Below, one piece after another: positions 61,603-64,000 of a stretch of DNA of 64,000 bases. Source of the DNA: Candidatus Hydrogenedentota bacterium (GTDB lineage: Bacteria > Hydrogenedentota > Hydrogenedentia > Hydrogenedentales > SLHB01); NCBI GenBank assembly GCA_963745075.1, contig CAVUWV010000030.1:26309-90308 (forward strand), in the 5' to 3' direction. Under the pieces are notes generated by a model, which made no database searches, had not been told where the DNA came from, and worked only from the letters and a program-made list of their open reading frames with translations. The position numbers and the translations under genes are program-made. How positions within the stretch are numbered: the first letter of the stretch is position 1; every line of letters starts with the position of its first letter.

Positions 61603-62411
61603 AGTTTGGAATTTGCAGCGAGATTTTCAAGGAATGGGACGACGTTGAACGGACGATCGATTACGTGAAGGAAGTCGGGTACGACGGCCTGGAAATCGCC
61701 CCCTTTACGTTATCGAAACACGTGACGGATATTTCGGACCAGACCCGCAAGACCATTGTGAAGAAGGCCGAAGAGGCTGCCCTCGACATTCTTGGCATTC
61801 ACTGGGTGCTGGTGGGCCCCGACGGGTTGCATCTGACCCATCCGGACAAGAGCGTGCGCGACCGCACCGCGCAGTACCTGATTGACTTGGCCCACTTCTG
61901 CGGCGACGTTGGCGGCAAGGTCATCATTTTCGGATCGCCGAAACAGCGTAACGTTATGGAAGGCGTGAACTACCAGCAAGCCTTCGACAACGCGGTAGCC
62001 GTGTTCGAGAAGGCACTACCCACCTGTGAAGAACGCGGCGTGACCATCTGCATGGAGCCCTTGGCCGCATCGGAAACCAACTTCTGCAAGTCCGCCGCCG
62101 AGACGGTAACGCTCATCGAGCGCATCGCCCATCCGAACTTCCGCTTGCTGCTCGACACCAAAGCCATGACCGACGAACCCGAAGGTCGCCCCGCCACGAT
62201 CCGCAAACACGCCAACCATCTCGCCCACTACCATGCCAACGACGCCAATCTCGAAGGCCCCGGCTTCGGTGACGTTGAATTCGGGCCCATCTTCGAAGCG
62301 CTGAAAGACATCAACTACGAAGGCTACGTCTCCGTCGAAGTCTTCATCTTCGACCCCGGCCCCGAAGCCATCGCCACCAAAAGCCTGCGGTACATGAAGC
62401 AGTTTGTGTGA
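61599..62411 (+). CDS. Sugar phosphate isomerase/epimerase (xylose-isomerase-like TIM barrel, ketose 3-epimerase-like)
   Basis: GYDGLEIAPF, IIFGSPKQR, CMEPL, LLLDTKAM, HYHAND, YVSVEVF. Confidence 0.88.
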   Translation: MKFGICSEIFKEWDDVERTIDYVKEVGYDGLEIAPFTLSKHVTDISDQTRKTIVKKAEEAALDILGIHWVLVGPDGLHLTHPDKSVRDRTAQYLIDLAHFCGDVGGKVIIFGSPKQRNVMEGVNYQQAFDNAVAVFEKALPTCEERGVTICMEPLAASETNFCKSAAETVTLIERIAHPNFRLLLDTKAMTDEPEGRPATIRKHANHLAHYHANDANLEGPGFGDVEFGPIFEALKDINYEGYVSVEVFIFDPGPEAIATKSLRYMKQFV

Positions 62412-62488
62412 GCGGAGGTTACGACCTGCACCCGTCGACGAAAGTGGTAGAAAGTTGAAATGACCTAATTGCGTCGCGCATCTGAAGT

Positions 62489-64000
62489 CTACAACGGGTC
62501 GCATTCCAGCCTGCTCCACAATGTCTTTCTTCTCCTTATCCGCAGCAAGCCGAGGAACATGGCGACGGCAAGTAAAATGCTAACGTTCGCCATCGCGCCC
62601 AACTGGACGCTGCGCCAACGACCAACTGAACTACGCCACGATGGTTCACTTGAAATTCCACATAGGTTTGTCCATCAATCTCTACGATTCGACGGTTTCC
62701 GGGAACCATCCAATCAAAGACGTTTTCGCCGAGGTACCAGCCACGGTGATCCTCGGACTCGCTGAAGAATAGATTTCGAGGTCGTGTGGGTCGGACCCCG
62801 CCGGGAACCGGAATCTGCACGAACTGGCTCCGCGAATACCTCATCCGGACCGATTCGATACAACGCTGAGACTACATCAGCATCAAGCGAAGCAACATGT
62901 GCGTCTGTCGATGGCTCTATTACGTGCAGATAAGGCTCCTTAGTTACGATCTTGCGGCCGCGTTTCCAATAGTGAACTGCATTGAAACCGGACCGACCTC
63001 TCGTCCTGAAACGGTTTGTGCACCGGCCGTCACTTCCACGACATCTCCCGGCAACCACGGTGAGTTGGGCGTAAACACCACCCATCCGTCACGGTTGTCA
63101 TCCAACTGCGTCGGCCACCACACGCCACCTTGTTCGGACCTGTCGCTCCCCACGGCCACCGCCCAAACGGTCTCCGGTGCAATGGGTTCCACGCTTATAA
63201 GCCGGACAGCTAAATCGGAATCGAGGCCCGCCTCCCCAATCGGTATGGCCGGCTCGTACGTGAGCGGGAAGTCGAACCCGATTTTGTGCTGCCCCGATGG
63301 CCGGAATCGGACGGACTCCAGTTCGCCGACACCGCAATCGCTCCGTGCTTTGACCTGATAGTCGTGATAGTAGTAGTCAACGACCGTGGAAGAATTGCAG
63401 CCGCCCGTCGAAAACACGTCCGGCGCTTGTGCATTGAAGTCGTCGTAAACCGTTCCCGACTGCCAGGCACCAATGGCCGCGCCGTCTCTGAACACTACTC
63501 GTACCACTGCTACCGCTTACTGCATTCCACCATACACGCACTTTGTCGGGATAAGCGCCGTCGGACGCAGATATCCCAGTTGGTGGCGAAGGTGGACTGC
63601 ACAACTGCGTGTACGTGCGCGTTAGGAGATAGGTTTGGCCGGAGCTTATCGTGACCACCTGGCTGCTGGGAGCGCTCCAACCTAGAATGCTCTCTGAATT
63701 GCACCGTGTGTTTTCCCGTAGTTAATCCCGTCACCGTATATCCGCTCGTTCGTGCCAGATTTCCGCCATCGACACGCCATTGAGCCCCCGCCGCGACGGC
63801 ATCGTTCGGGGAAATGGTCATTTTGAGCGAGCCCGTGGTCACGACGGCGGTGTAAATTCCGGTTTCTTGTGTGAGACCACCGGCCTGAATGGTTGCCGTC
63901 TTGTTCCCCGCGTGGTGTAGCCGGATACAGTGCTGAACGAGATCGTATGCTGTCCAACGGTCAAGCCAGAGACCGTAGAACCGCTGTTTTGCCAACTGCC
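62489..64000 (-). CDS. Large surface-anchored multidomain protein (partial, 5' end beyond the window, many frameshifts)
   Basis: Fragments across frames: GSLKMTISPNDAVAAGAQWRVDGG; FN3-like PPTGISASDGAYPDKVRVWWNAV; C-terminal ANVSILLAVAMFLGLLRIRRRK. Confidence 0.6.

Noticed and set aside
1-64000. tRNA, rRNA, prophage, integron or defence-system genes
   Set aside because: No cloverleaf with T-loop/D-loop signatures, rRNA-like sequence, integrase, phage structural or defence motifs were recognised by eye; a tRNAscan/cmscan run would be needed to exclude them formally.

Overview
Bacterial chromosomal window of roughly 60% GC (estimated by eye) with about 55 protein-coding genes. No rRNA, tRNA, CRISPR array or prophage was seen. 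The gene repertoire (two DUF1559/H-X9-DG pilin-like proteins, several Tat-exported Gfo/Idh/MocA oxidoreductases, an alginate-export-type porin, surface proteins with a C-terminal TM and basic tail) suggests Candidatus Hydrogenedentota or a similar PVC-like lineage; this is an inference. Housekeeping genes: rsgA, a probably fused glyQ-glyS, maeB, yhbY, yjbQ. Signalling genes: two tandem MCPs, an ECF sigma/anti-sigma pair, a NarL-type two-component pair, a CHASE kinase with a sigma54 activator, and a diguanylate cyclase. From about 24.8 kb onward at least nine genes are broken by mostly +1 single-base indels, including the essential glycyl-tRNA synthetase, so these are probably sequencing errors rather than pseudogenes. 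Best leads: (1) a REP-associated tyrosine transposase flanked by two inverted, homologous REP-101 nt-REP units; (2) a conserved structured 5' leader with compensatory base changes and an anti-SD tract upstream of both MCP genes; (3) two tiny peptides absent from the ORF track that share an MKH[IL]K leader-like N-terminus; (4) sigma54 -24/-12 promoters upstream of all three pilin-like genes; (5) a trypsin-like protease whose propeptide-like domain lies at the C-terminus.
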